From assembly GCA_963816345.1 (NCBI GenBank), contig CAWFKI010000004.1:57559-121558 (forward strand): DNA of 64,000 bases, in the 5' to 3' direction. The position numbers and the translations under genes were made by a program. Position 1 is the stretch's first letter. Each line of letters starts with the position of its first letter. The notes below the pieces were generated by a model. That model was not told the DNA's origin. It ran no database searches and saw nothing but the letters and a program-made list of their open reading frames with translations. The stretch comes from an uncultured Bacteroidales bacterium (GTDB lineage: Bacteria > Bacteroidota > Bacteroidia > Bacteroidales > VadinHA17). Positions 39,763 through 50,152 of this stretch are shown in pieces.

Positions 39763-40943
39763 AATGTCTTCTGATTACTGTTTTTCTGCTTTGTACTGCC
39801 AGCATAGTTGTGGAAGGGCAGTCGAAAGCGGAACTTGAGGAAAAGAGGAAAAAGACACTGGAAGAGATAAATTATGTTGATAATCTTCTCAAAACAACAG
39901 CCAGGGAGAAGACAGAAAGCATGAGTGCGGTAAAAATAATAGGGAGAAAGCTGGATCTCAGGGAATCTGTCATAACGGGAATGAGAGAAGAGATAAATCT
40001 GATTTCAGAAAGAATTGATCTTAACAATACAGCCATAAGTATGATGGAAGACGATCTGGTTGTATTGAAAAAGGAATATGCAAGAGCTGTTGTCAATTCA
40101 TATAAATCTCAGAAGGGAAATCCGGACGTCATTTATATTCTGTCAGCAAAGGACTTTAACCAGGGCTATAAAAGGCTGAAATATTTGCAGCAGATTACCA
40201 AATTCAGAAGAATGCAATCTGAAGTGATAATCGAACTCAAGAGCCAGATAGAGACATCCAGGAAGAAGCTGGAGAACGATCTGAGAAGAGTGTCGGATCT
40301 GAAGCAGAAGGAGGAACAGCAGAAAAAACTGCTGGAAACTGAACAGGACAAGAGAAAAGGGATGGTAATGTCGCTGACAAAAAAGGAACAGCAATTACAG
40401 AAGGAACTGGAGGATAAAAGACGAATTGCAAGGAAAATTGAAAGGGAGATCGACAGGATAGTAGAGGAAGAGAGAAAGAAGAGCGTGAAATCTGAAACCA
40501 CTCCGGAGCAGAAAATGATTGGCGAAAATTTTGCGGAGAATATGGGTCGGTTACCCTGGCCGGTGGAGAGGGGGATAATAACAAGTCATTTCGGAATACA
40601 GAAACATCCGGTTTTTAAATATCTGACTGAAGATAATATTGGGATCGAGATTACCAGTTCCGGAAGAATGAATGCGAGAAGCGTATTCCAGGGAGAGGTC
40701 GTAAAGGTCTTTGCCATCTCAGGGGCAAATATGACTATAATTATCCGGCACGGGAAATATTTGTCCGTTTATGCTAATATCTCCAATGTAAAAGTAAGAC
40801 CGGGAGATAAGGTTTTTGCCAAACAGGATTTAGGAGAGATATACTCAGATCCGGGAAATGGAAATAACTGTGTTTTGAAATTTATGATATTCGAAACCAA
40901 TATGAAATATTTGGATCCTGAGGCCTGGATAGCTAAGAATTAG
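39759..40943 (+). CDS. EnvC-like murein hydrolase activator (coiled coil plus degenerate M23)
   Basis: Long coiled coil, then GRLPWPV, NIGIEI, IRHG.Y.SVY. Confidence 0.88.
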   Translation: MKCLLITVFLLCTASIVVEGQSKAELEEKRKKTLEEINYVDNLLKTTAREKTESMSAVKIIGRKLDLRESVITGMREEINLISERIDLNNTAISMMEDDLVVLKKEYARAVVNSYKSQKGNPDVIYILSAKDFNQGYKRLKYLQQITKFRRMQSEVIIELKSQIETSRKKLENDLRRVSDLKQKEEQQKKLLETEQDKRKGMVMSLTKKEQQLQKELEDKRRIARKIEREIDRIVEEERKKSVKSETTPEQKMIGENFAENMGRLPWPVERGIITSHFGIQKHPVFKYLTEDNIGIEITSSGRMNARSVFQGEVVKVFAISGANMTIIIRHGKYLSVYANISNVKVRPGDKVFAKQDLGEIYSDPGNGNNCVLKFMIFETNMKYLDPEAWIAKN

Positions 40944-41000
40944 TATCGGTTTTGTAACAAAATATCTTTAATTAAGTATAAGTTGTAGCGTAAGGAAATT

Positions 41001-41405
41001 ATGTATAGGAAGCTAAAGATAGAATCGAACATTAATAATCTCAGGATTGTTGAAAATGCAATTGATGAGGTTATGAATGAAATCGGCATTACTCAGGAGA
41101 ATTACGGGAAAATTCTGGTTTCTACACTCGAGGCTGTTAATAATGCGATTCTTCATGGAAATAATTCCGATAACGAAAAGATGGTAATGGTCGAGATCTC
41201 ATATAAAAATGATAAGCTGACAGTTAAAATTGAGGATGAAGGAAAAGGTTTTGTACCAGATGCAGTACCTGACCCTACTATTCCCCAGAACATTGAAGCA
41301 CTTAATGGAAGGGGAATATATCTTATGTCAAGGCTTGCTGATGAGATCAGGTATAGCAAGAGAGGCAACCGGGTTACTATGATGTTTAAAAATGTAGTAT
41401 CTTGA
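41001..41405 (+). CDS. RsbW-like anti-sigma factor / HATPase_c_2 protein
   Basis: [24 protein letters not shown]. Confidence 0.88.
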   Translation: MYRKLKIESNINNLRIVENAIDEVMNEIGITQENYGKILVSTLEAVNNAILHGNNSDNEKMVMVEISYKNDKLTVKIEDEGKGFVPDAVPDPTIPQNIEALNGRGIYLMSRLADEIRYSKRGNRVTMMFKNVVS

Positions 41406-41842
41406 GCATAAGGATATTTTACGATAATGTGAAGTTCAGGCTGAAAGGATGGAGAAAGGTAAAGATACTCCTCGAAAAGGTCATCAGGGAAGAAGCTAAA
41501 ACTACAGGTGACCTTAATTTTATTCTGACAGATGATAATTCTCTGAGAAAGCTAAATATAAAATTTCTTGAACATGATTACTTTACTGATGTTATAGCTT
41601 TTAATTATAATGAGAATAACATAATAAACGGCGAAATATTTATCAGCATTGATACTGTCAGAAGAAATTCTTTCAACTATAATGTTAGTTTAAGAAATGA
41701 GGTATTGCGTGTAATGATACATGGACTTTTGCATCTGGTAGGGTATAATGATAAAAGCATGTCCCAGAGAAAGAAGATGAGGAGGATGGAAGATAAGTGG
41801 CTGGAAGAAATGGAGGGATCAGATGGTAAGTTTCGAGTATGA
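41402..41842 (+). CDS. ybeY: rRNA maturation RNase YbeY
   Basis: [23 protein letters not shown]. Confidence 0.95.
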   Translation: MSIRIFYDNVKFRLKGWRKVKILLEKVIREEAKTTGDLNFILTDDNSLRKLNIKFLEHDYFTDVIAFNYNENNIINGEIFISIDTVRRNSFNYNVSLRNEVLRVMIHGLLHLVGYNDKSMSQRKKMRRMEDKWLEEMEGSDGKFRV

Positions 41843-43700
41843 TATTATTGTAGTAGGAGGAGGGCATGCAGGATGTGAGGCTGCTCATGCTGCAGCCGTT
41901 ATGGGAGCAAGAACTTTGCTCATTACGATGGATATGACAAAGCTGGCCCAGATGTCATGCAATCCTGCAATGGGTGGAATTGCAAAGGGTCAGATTGTGC
42001 GGGAAATCGATGCACTGGGGGGCATGAGCGGAATTGTAACAGACCGGAGTATGATACAGTTCCGTATGCTGAATAAAAGCAAAGGTCCGGCAATGTGGAG
42101 TCCGAGAGCACAGTGCGACAGGCAGAAGTTTACCTCAGAGTGGAGAAAGATCCTGGAGCGTACCGATAATCTACATATCTGGCAGGAGCAGGCGAGCTTG
42201 CTTCTTATCGACGGAGAAAATGTCGCAGGTGTGGAAACGGCATTCGGAACAAGATTTATCTCAAAAGCTGTTATACTTACAAACGGTACTTTTTTGAACG
42301 GGCTGATGCATGTCGGCCTGATAAACGTAAAGGGAGGCCGATCGGGTGATCAGGCCTCGAGCGGGTTAAGCGAGCAGCTTGAGAAAATGGGTTTTTCTGT
42401 TGAACGCATGAAGACCGGAACAAGTGCCAGGATTGATGGACGATCGGTCGATTTTTCCAGGATGACAGAGCAGAAGGGAGATGACGGGAACAAAGGCTTC
42501 TCTTATTTGCCTGACGGTAATAATATGAGGGAGCAGAGAAGCTGCTATATTACCCATACAAATGAAGAGGTGCACGATGAGTTGAGAAAGGGACTGGAGT
42601 TCAGCCCGCTTTTTACCGGACGTATCAAGGGAAGAGGTCCCAGATATTGCCCGAGTATCGAGGATAAAATCGTGACATTTAAGGAAAAAAGCGGTCATCA
42701 GATATTCATAGAACCTGAAGGACTGGATACGGAAGAATATTATCTGAATGGATTTTCAAGCAGTCTGCCGCTTGAGGTTCAGTTAAGAGCTTTGCGCAAA
42801 GTAAAGGGACTTGAAAAGGTTGAAATATTCAGACCCGGTTATGCAATAGAATACGATTTTTTTCAGCCTACCCAGTTAAAGAATTCCCTGGAGACTAAGA
42901 AAATCGGAGGTCTGTATTTCGCCGGACAGATAAACGGCACCACGGGTTATGAAGAGGCAGCAGCCCAGGGTCTGATGGCTGGAATTAATTCAGTAAGAAA
43001 GCTGAGAGGAGAGGAAGCTTTTGTACTTGGAAGGGAGGAATCTTATATAGGGGTGCTGATTGATGACCTTGTTACAAAAGGAGTCGATGAGCCATACCGG
43101 ATGTTTACTGCAAGAGCTGAATACAGAATCCTTCTGAGGCAGGATAATGCCGATGAACGACTTACAAGGAAAGGATATGAACTGGGTACAGCAGATACCG
43201 ACAGGGTTAAAAGACTGGAAGAGAAAGAGGAACTCGTGAAGGAAATGATCGGCTTCTTATCGGAATATAGTGTGGCGCCGGAGGAGATAAATTCTTACCT
43301 CAATGAGATTAATACAACTGAGATCAGTCAGAAGGTAAAAGCGATAACTTTGGCGCTACGACCTCAGGTGGAGATAAGGGAACTCTTAAAGTTAATCAAG
43401 GAGGCCGGAACGTTGATATCAGTCAGGTCTGAGAGATTTGATGAAATAGCAGAATCTGCTGAAATAAAGATTAAATATGAAGGTTATATTCAAAGAGAGA
43501 AAATAATCGCGGATAAGATTCAAAGACTGGAAGCTTTAAAAGTACCTGTGGATATTGAATACAAGGAGCTTTTATCAATTTCCACGGAAGCAAGACAGAA
43601 GCTTAGTAAAATACGTCCCGTCACTATTGGACAGGCCGGGCGAATTAGCGGCGTATCACCATCTGACATAAATATTCTGTTATTATATCTTGGAAGATAA
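41823..43700 (+). CDS. mnmG: tRNA uridine 5-carboxymethylaminomethyl modification enzyme MnmG (GidA)
   Basis: [51 protein letters not shown]. Confidence 0.98.
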   Translation: MVSFEYDIIVVGGGHAGCEAAHAAAVMGARTLLITMDMTKLAQMSCNPAMGGIAKGQIVREIDALGGMSGIVTDRSMIQFRMLNKSKGPAMWSPRAQCDRQKFTSEWRKILERTDNLHIWQEQASLLLIDGENVAGVETAFGTRFISKAVILTNGTFLNGLMHVGLINVKGGRSGDQASSGLSEQLEKMGFSVERMKTGTSARIDGRSVDFSRMTEQKGDDGNKGFSYLPDGNNMREQRSCYITHTNEEVHDELRKGLEFSPLFTGRIKGRGPRYCPSIEDKIVTFKEKSGHQIFIEPEGLDTEEYYLNGFSSSLPLEVQLRALRKVKGLEKVEIFRPGYAIEYDFFQPTQLKNSLETKKIGGLYFAGQINGTTGYEEAAAQGLMAGINSVRKLRGEEAFVLGREESYIGVLIDDLVTKGVDEPYRMFTARAEYRILLRQDNADERLTRKGYELGTADTDRVKRLEEKEELVKEMIGFLSEYSVAPEEINSYLNEINTTEISQKVKAITLALRPQVEIRELLKLIKEAGTLISVRSERFDEIAESAEIKIKYEGYIQREKIIADKIQRLEALKVPVDIEYKELLSISTEARQKLSKIRPVTIGQAGRISGVSPSDINILLLYLGR

Positions 43701-43716
43701 TGTTCCACGTGGAACA
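43701..43716. promoter_or_regulatory. parS site (perfect palindrome)
   Basis: TGTTCCACGTGGAACA immediately after the mnmG stop. Confidence 0.9.
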
Positions 43717-43735
43717 AAATTTTAAAAAATATAAT

Positions 43736-45352
43736 ATGAAAATTTCAGGACACCTTGTTGATATTCACAACAGGGATATTTATCCGGCAGCAATAGTCAT
43801 TAAAAAGGGAATTATAGATAGGGTAGAAAGAAGGGCATCGGCGCCTGATGTTTTTATTTTGCCCGGACTGATTGATTCCCATATTCATATTGAAAGTTCG
43901 ATGATTACCCCGGGTGCCTTTGGCCTCATGGCAGTAAGGCACGGAACCACAGGCGTGGTTTCAGATCCGCATGAGATAGCAAATGTGCTCGGATGGAAGG
44001 GTATCGCGTTCATGATAAGGGATGCTAAAAAATCGCCCGTCAGATTTTGGTTTGGGGCACCATCCTGTGTCCCGGCAACTGATTTCGAGACAAACGGAGC
44101 CACACTGAATAGCGCGGATATAAGTAAGATCCTTAAGCGACCTGATATTAAATATTTGTCGGAAATGATGAATTTTCCCGGTGTTATATCGGGCGATCAG
44201 GAAGTAATGAGCAAACTGGAGGCGGCAAAGAGTTTGAACAAGCCTGTTGACGGCCATGCTCCCGGACTGAGGGGTGAAGAGCTGATGAAATATATAAATG
44301 CAGGCATTTCTACTGATCATGAATGCAGTACAATTGAAGAAGCCCGGGAAAAAATCTCGCTTGGAATGAAAGTTCTTATCAGGGAGGGAAGTGCTGCAAA
44401 GAATCTGAATGAGCTGAAAGGGCTTTTTATTACAAGTCCTGATATGATCATGCTTTGCAGTGACGATTTACACCCGGAGACTTTGAAGGAGAGACATATT
44501 AATAAGTTAATCGCAGGGCTGATTACTGAAGGATTTAATCTCTTCGATGTTATAAGAAGCGCAACATTGAATCCCGTATTACATTACGGGCTGGAGGCAG
44601 GGTTACTGCAAACGGGTCAGAGCGCTGATTTTATTTTAGTTGACAGCCTGAGAAAAATGCAGGTAAAAGAGACATGGATAAAAGGTATAAAGGTGTTTGA
44701 AAATGGCAAACCTGCATTTGGTTATGAGCCGGGAAGAGCTGTAAATAATTTCAAAAGTAAACCGATAGGTGAGGATGAGATTAAAGTACCCTGGAAAGAA
44801 GGCAAATTGAGGGTCATAGAAGCACTCGACGGACAGCTGCTGACAAAGGAGATCAGAAAGTCAATTGATCATGCCGGCTTTGTTCAGGCGGATCCGGGGA
44901 AGGATATTTTAAAAATAGTGGTAAAAGACAGGTATAAAAATGCACCTCCCGCCACGGCATTTATTAAAGGCTTCGGATTAAAACGGGGAGCTTTTGCAGG
45001 TTCAATATCTCACGACAGCCATAATATTGTCTGCGTGGGAACAAACGATAAGGATATTACCGTAGCAATAAATGAGATAATCAGAATGAAGGGCGGATTG
45101 GCGGTAGCCTGCGGAGATGAAATGGACTCCCTGCAGCTTAATATTGCGGGTATAATGACAACCAGGTCATGCGAAGATGTAGCTCATGAGTATAAAATGC
45201 TGAATGATACTGTGATATCCCTTGGCTGCAATATGGCAGCTCCTTTCATGACATTATCCTTTATGGCTTTACTGGTCATCCCCGATCTCAAAATGAGCGA
45301 CCGGGGACTATTCGATGTCAACAGATTTGAACCCGTGGATCTATTCGCTTAG
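43736..45352 (+). CDS. ade: adenine deaminase
   Basis: DSHIHIESS, DPHEIANV, EMMNFPGV, DGHAP, DHE, REGS, DD, HDSHN. Start at ATG 43736; the upstream MFHVEQ is the translated parS. Confidence 0.95.
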   Translation: MKISGHLVDIHNRDIYPAAIVIKKGIIDRVERRASAPDVFILPGLIDSHIHIESSMITPGAFGLMAVRHGTTGVVSDPHEIANVLGWKGIAFMIRDAKKSPVRFWFGAPSCVPATDFETNGATLNSADISKILKRPDIKYLSEMMNFPGVISGDQEVMSKLEAAKSLNKPVDGHAPGLRGEELMKYINAGISTDHECSTIEEAREKISLGMKVLIREGSAAKNLNELKGLFITSPDMIMLCSDDLHPETLKERHINKLIAGLITEGFNLFDVIRSATLNPVLHYGLEAGLLQTGQSADFILVDSLRKMQVKETWIKGIKVFENGKPAFGYEPGRAVNNFKSKPIGEDEIKVPWKEGKLRVIEALDGQLLTKEIRKSIDHAGFVQADPGKDILKIVVKDRYKNAPPATAFIKGFGLKRGAFAGSISHDSHNIVCVGTNDKDITVAINEIIRMKGGLAVACGDEMDSLQLNIAGIMTTRSCEDVAHEYKMLNDTVISLGCNMAAPFMTLSFMALLVIPDLKMSDRGLFDVNRFEPVDLFA

Positions 45353-45373
45353 ATCACAGGGACGGAGCTTGCT

Positions 45374-45544
45374 GCTAACCCCGGGCTAGGACTGTAACCT
45401 GCTAACCACGGCCTCGGGCTGTGACCTGCTAACCCCGGGCTCGGGCTGTGACCCGCTAACCCGGGCTCGGGCTGTGACCCACCAACCCCGGGCTTCAGCC
45501 CGGGGCTTAGGGTCGCTGACCCCGGGCTGAAGCCCGGGGCTAGC
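45374..45544. repeat. REP/BIME-like cluster: four 26-27 bp tandem units plus an inverted pair of palindromes
   Basis: GCTAACCCCGGGCTCGGGCTGTGACCY-like units at 45374, 45401, 45428 and 45455. CCCCGGGCTTCAGCCCGGGG at 45486-45505 and its reverse complement at 45520-45539. Confidence 0.9.
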
Positions 45545-45590
45545 AGGTATACGCAGGTAATTAGTATCTTTGCATGCAAATAATCGTATT

Positions 45591-47384
45591 ATGTCTGTGG
45601 TGGAGAAATATAAATCAATACTATCATTGCTTCCTGATAAACCTGGTGTATATCAGTTTGTTGATAATTCTGATAGTGTTCTTTATGTCGGGAAAGCCAA
45701 AAACCTCAGGAAAAGGGTTACATCATATTTCTCCAGGAATCAGTCGGGAAAAACAGTTGCACTTTTAAGGAAAGCCCATGATATCAGACATATTGTTGTA
45801 GAAAATGAATCAGATGCCTTGCTGCTTGAAAATAACCTGATTAAAAAACATCAGCCCAGATATAATGTACTCTTAAAAGATGACAAGACTTTCCCCTGGA
45901 TCTGCATAAAAAGGGAGCCCTACCCCAGGGTATTCAGTACCAGGCACATTATCAGGGATGGGTCTGTCTATTTCGGACCGTATACTTCTGCGCTTATGGT
46001 CAGGACCCTTATCGCACTTATAAGACAGCTTTACAAGCTGAGAACATGCACTCTCAATCTGACCCAGTCCAATATTGCTGCCGGGAAATTCAGGGTCTGC
46101 CTGGAATATCATATGGGAAACTGCAAAGGTCCCTGCGTAGGGTACCAGTCAGAGGAGGATTATGATGAGGGAGTGCAGCAGATTAAAGAGATTCTTAAAG
46201 GAAATATCTCAACTGTAATAGATCACCTTAAAGATCTTATGGAGAAGTATGCAAGTGAATTAAAGTTTGAAGATGCACAGCTTATAAAGGAAAAGATAGA
46301 CATCTTATCAAAATTCAGGAGCAGATCAGCTGTGGTGAGCAACACTATAAAAAATGTTGATGTATTCGGCTTCACAATTGAATCAGATACAGCATATGTC
46401 AATTATTTAAAAGTCGTCCAGGGAGCTATAGTTCAGGCATTTACGATTGAGCTTAAGATGAGGCTTGAAGAAGAAAAGGAATCTATCCTGGCATTTGCCA
46501 TGACAGAGCTGAGGCAGCGCTTTTCAAGCGATTCTCCTGAAGTAATATTACCCTTTATGCCTGATATACTGTATGACAGGCTAAAATATACCGTACCAAA
46601 AGCCGGAGATAAACACAAGCTTCTCGAACTTGCTGAACGTAATGCAATTTATTACAAACTGGAGCAGAAAAAAAAGCGGATGGAACATAAGCCTCAGCAG
46701 AGGACCGGAAAAAACCTGGAGAAGCTGAAGAACGATCTTCATATGGCTCAGATACCCGTTCATATTGAATGCTTTGATAATTCCAACATTATGGGCAAGA
46801 TCCCGGTCGCTGCCTGTGTGGTTTTCCGTAACGGAAGACCCAGCAAAAAGGAGTATCGTCATTTTAATATTAAAACTGTGACGGGTCCGGATGACTTTTC
46901 ATCAATGGAGGAAATTGTTTTCAGACGCTATAAGAGAGTGACAGAAGAGAAGCAGGATATTCCTCAGCTTGTAATAATAGACGGAGGAAAGGGACAGCTT
47001 TCTTCAGCGATGAAAAGCCTTTCAAAACTTGGTCTGAGAGAGAAGATAACAGTAATCGGAATTGCAAAAAAACTTGAGGAGATTTACTTCCCGGGCGATA
47101 GCGTTCCAATATATCTTGATAAGAATTCAATCAGCCTTAAAATAATCCAGCACCTGAGGAATGAAGCCCACAGATTTGGAATTGGCTTTCACCGTGGAAA
47201 ACGTTCTTCAGAAATGGTCAGATCGGACCTTGATCAGATAAAGGGTATCGGGCCCAGGACAAAGGAGATTTTACTGAAACATTTTGGATCTGTCGATATG
47301 ATAAGGAATGCTTCCCTTAATGAACTAAAAGAGTTAGTCGGACCTGCAAAAACTGCCGTTTTATCAGACTATTTCAAAAACTAG
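45591..47384 (+). CDS. uvrC: excinuclease ABC subunit C
   Basis: PGVY, YVGKAKNLRKRV, ECFDNSN, IDGGKGQL, RNEAHRF, HhH; TATCTTTG promoter element at 45565-45572. Confidence 0.97.
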   Translation: MSVVEKYKSILSLLPDKPGVYQFVDNSDSVLYVGKAKNLRKRVTSYFSRNQSGKTVALLRKAHDIRHIVVENESDALLLENNLIKKHQPRYNVLLKDDKTFPWICIKREPYPRVFSTRHIIRDGSVYFGPYTSALMVRTLIALIRQLYKLRTCTLNLTQSNIAAGKFRVCLEYHMGNCKGPCVGYQSEEDYDEGVQQIKEILKGNISTVIDHLKDLMEKYASELKFEDAQLIKEKIDILSKFRSRSAVVSNTIKNVDVFGFTIESDTAYVNYLKVVQGAIVQAFTIELKMRLEEEKESILAFAMTELRQRFSSDSPEVILPFMPDILYDRLKYTVPKAGDKHKLLELAERNAIYYKLEQKKKRMEHKPQQRTGKNLEKLKNDLHMAQIPVHIECFDNSNIMGKIPVAACVVFRNGRPSKKEYRHFNIKTVTGPDDFSSMEEIVFRRYKRVTEEKQDIPQLVIIDGGKGQLSSAMKSLSKLGLREKITVIGIAKKLEEIYFPGDSVPIYLDKNSISLKIIQHLRNEAHRFGIGFHRGKRSSEMVRSDLDQIKGIGPRTKEILLKHFGSVDMIRNASLNELKELVGPAKTAVLSDYFKN

Positions 47385-47389
47385 CTCCC

Positions 47390-47405
47390 GTTTCCACGTG
47401 GAACA
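47390..47405. promoter_or_regulatory. second parS site (14/16 match)
   Basis: GTTTCCACGTGGAACA just after the uvrC stop. Confidence 0.75.
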
Positions 47406-47603
47406 TTTCAATATAGATTCTGATTAAAGTGCAGATAATTAGCTACTTGATGAGGGTTAGTCCTGGTTTTAAGTCTGTAAGGATCGGATATTTTTGACTC
47501 TGTGGACAAAGATCCGTGAATTTTGAATGCAAAGTGAGCATAATTGAAGAATCACAGAGCACGGGTAAGGATAACCGAAATGATTTCCTGTTTAATTATA
47601 AAA

Positions 47604-48212
47604 TCAGTGAATAGAATTCAGGACCCTTGTAAGTTCCGCGGAGATCTCTTCAGATCCATAGGTGACAAATCCATGCATTCCTAAATTTTCTGCAGTTTTT
47701 ACATTAATTTCAATATCATCTATAAAAAGTGACTCACCCGGGATCAGAGAATACTTTTCAAGCAGCTTTTCATAAATGCGGATGTCAGGCTTTGAAAATT
47801 TTACTTCCGAAGAAATTATACCACCATCGAAATACTTGAAGAAATAGTAACCGGTTTTGATCTCTTCAAAAATATCTATCGGAAAGTTCGAAAGATAATA
47901 TAGCCTGAAACCCTGTTTTTTTAGCTCCGGAAGCTTTCTGACATTATTGTCAATGGGAAACATCATTTCGGTGCGCAGATTGAAAATATGGGCTATTTCT
48001 TCCCTGTTAAGGGATGATTTCGCTGCAATGGCTTCTATTCCCTGCTGAGTATTTATATCGCCGTTATCAAGCATCCGCCATTCCTTACTTCCGAATATAT
48101 CGGAAAGGATTGTTGCTTTGATAGTTTCCGGGTAGTTTTTCTTTTCGAAAAAATTCCCGGGCCTGAAGCTGATCAGGACATTTCCCAGATCAAAAACAAT
48201 ATTTTTAATCAT
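47604..48212 (-). CDS. HAD family phosphatase
   Basis: FDLGNVL, LSN, KPD..IY, FIDD...N. Confidence 0.9.
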   Translation of the reverse strand: MIKNIVFDLGNVLISFRPGNFFEKKNYPETIKATILSDIFGSKEWRMLDNGDINTQQGIEAIAAKSSLNREEIAHIFNLRTEMMFPIDNNVRKLPELKKQGFRLYYLSNFPIDIFEEIKTGYYFFKYFDGGIISSEVKFSKPDIRIYEKLLEKYSLIPGESLFIDDIEINVKTAENLGMHGFVTYGSEEISAELTRVLNSIH

Positions 48213-48213
48213 A

Positions 48214-49539
48214 TCAAGGATTCTTCATACTGATTGGCTGGCCCGTTGCCTCGAGTACATTCCACCACAATTCACCTGTAACATCAATCTTTTTACGGCT
48301 TGCCACTGCCATTGGAATGGGGATAAGGGTGAACTGATTGTTCCAGTAACCTACAACAAAATCAGTTTTTCCGGAGAGTGCGGCATGAACGGCATTTTGA
48401 GCAAGAAGATTACAGAATTTGCTGTCATTTGCATTTGCAGGGGAACTGCGGATAATATAACTGGGATCTATATATTTGATGACGTGCGGAAATTCCTTGT
48501 GTGTAAATTCTTCGGAAATCTTGTCTTTTAAATACACCCCGATGTCTTTGTGTTTTATATTTCCGGAAGCATCCTTGTTTTCATCATTGTCCTTAAAGAA
48601 ATCCTGGCCGGCTCCCTCTGCAACAACGATCACGGCATGGTGCCTCTCCTCAAGTCTTTTTCTCAGAACCTTTAAAAATCCTCTTGGTCCGTAAAGATCA
48701 AAGCATATCTCAGGAATTAGCACAAAATTGACCTCCTGGATGGCAAGCGCTGCATGGGCCGCAATGAATCCTGAATCACGCCCCATTAGCTTTACAAGGG
48801 CTATCCCGTTATATGCACCGTCGGCTTCATTATGGGCATTTCTTATAATATCGTTGGCTATTGAAAAAGCTGTTTCAAATCCAAAGGATTTCTGTATAAG
48901 GTTAATATCATTGTCAATTGTTTTCGGTATCCCTGCAACACAGATCTTTAAATTCCTCTTTTCAATTTCTTCATGAATTGCATGAGCTCCCCTCAATGTA
49001 CCGTCTCCTCCGATACAAAACAGTACATTGATATTCATAATCTCGAGAGTATCCACCATTCTCTCAACATCCTGGTATCCTCTCGAAGAGCCCAGGAAGG
49101 TACCGCCTGAAAGATGAATGTCTCTTACCATCTCTGATGTGAGTTCAATAACAGGATGATTGTATTTGGAAATTAATCCTTCATACCCATATTTTATTCC
49201 AAGGATGCGGTGTATTCCGTACCTGTAGGTGAGCTCATTTACAAGACTCCTGATGACATTATTCAATCCGGGGCACAAGCCGCCGCAGGTAACAATGGCA
49301 ACTTTTGTCTTGGCAGGTTCAAAATAGATATTTTCCCTTGGACCTACTTTTTCAAAGGAGGCCGGGATCTCCCCGGTTTGATGACATTTCGTGAAATTAT
49401 TGAGTGAATCATCATAGAGAATCCTCTCACTGTCACCTATAAACTGATATACAGGGCTTTCCTTTCTCTGCGAATGCTTTAGCGGAGATATAACCCCACC
49501 CTTTCCGAGGGAGGCTACTAAAAGATCCTCGTATTTCAT
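48214..49539 (-). CDS. pfkA: ATP-dependent 6-phosphofructokinase (clade X type)
   Basis: TCGGLCPGLN, GGDGT, PKTIDND, MGRDSG, YIDPSY. Confidence 0.9.
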   Translation of the reverse strand: MKYEDLLVASLGKGGVISPLKHSQRKESPVYQFIGDSERILYDDSLNNFTKCHQTGEIPASFEKVGPRENIYFEPAKTKVAIVTCGGLCPGLNNVIRSLVNELTYRYGIHRILGIKYGYEGLISKYNHPVIELTSEMVRDIHLSGGTFLGSSRGYQDVERMVDTLEIMNINVLFCIGGDGTLRGAHAIHEEIEKRNLKICVAGIPKTIDNDINLIQKSFGFETAFSIANDIIRNAHNEADGAYNGIALVKLMGRDSGFIAAHAALAIQEVNFVLIPEICFDLYGPRGFLKVLRKRLEERHHAVIVVAEGAGQDFFKDNDENKDASGNIKHKDIGVYLKDKISEEFTHKEFPHVIKYIDPSYIIRSSPANANDSKFCNLLAQNAVHAALSGKTDFVVGYWNNQFTLIPIPMAVASRKKIDVTGELWWNVLEATGQPISMKNP

Positions 49540-49642
49540 CTTCCTGTCATTAAGAAAACAATAACAATTTTCAGGGTGAAAACGGCATTGTTTTCACTCC
49601 ACTCAAAGTTATCTGAATTTTATGGATTGTCTATAATATGAA

Positions 49643-49834
49643 TCAGATAATCTGCTTAATTCTTCCAACCATACCATTTTCCAGCATAACCTTGATCCCG
49701 TGAGGATGAATCGGGGAAGATGTAAGTACTTCCTTCACCTTTCCTCCTGTTAACCTGCCGGTACGCTTATGTTCCGATAACTCTACCATAACTTCAATAC
49801 CTGGCTTAACATCTGCTCTTCTTGTACCTTCCAT
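49643..49834 (-). CDS. YwbE (DUF2196) family small protein
   Basis: RTGRLT.G.V..VLT.S..HPHGIKV.L..G.VGR. Confidence 0.85.
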   Translation of the reverse strand: MEGTRRADVKPGIEVMVELSEHKRTGRLTGGKVKEVLTSSPIHPHGIKVMLENGMVGRIKQII

Positions 49835-50152
49835 GGACAATTTATTTTTTATTTATTCAGGGTCAATCAAAATTAAAAGATAAAATCGCATAGGTAAATC
49901 AAGATGCAATGATATAAAAAAAAGCATAAGCTAATGCAACTAATTTCCTTAAATATTCTTAAGGAAATATGGGAAAATAAGTAATTATAATTATTAAATC
50001 CTTTTATTACCCTCTGTATGTTTCTGTTGCGGGAGTGAATTTTGAACTCAAAAATTTATGAAAATAGTGCGCTCAGGCCGGTAGCGAAAGATGCCTGAAC
50101 CAATACAAAAAAAACAATAAGGTTTGTATTGGAATATATTGTTACGGGGCCT

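Noticed and set aside
43520..43735. MFHVEH/MFHVEQ N-termini on both strands
   Set aside because: Artefact of the palindromic parS, which contains ATGTTCCACGTGGAAC in both directions.
45374..45480. CRISPR array
   Set aside because: The 27-bp units are head-to-tail with no unique spacers, no cas genes are present, and the units derive from the adjacent REP arm.
45349..45579. 76-aa minus-strand ORF (PGLAGHSPS repeats)
   Set aside because: It is a translation of the REP/tandem cluster and its start overlaps the uvrC promoter.
47406..47603. Alternative oriC next to the second parS
   Set aside because: Only one DnaA-like box (TGTGGACAA, 47501-47509) in a short gap, far weaker than 29640-30255.
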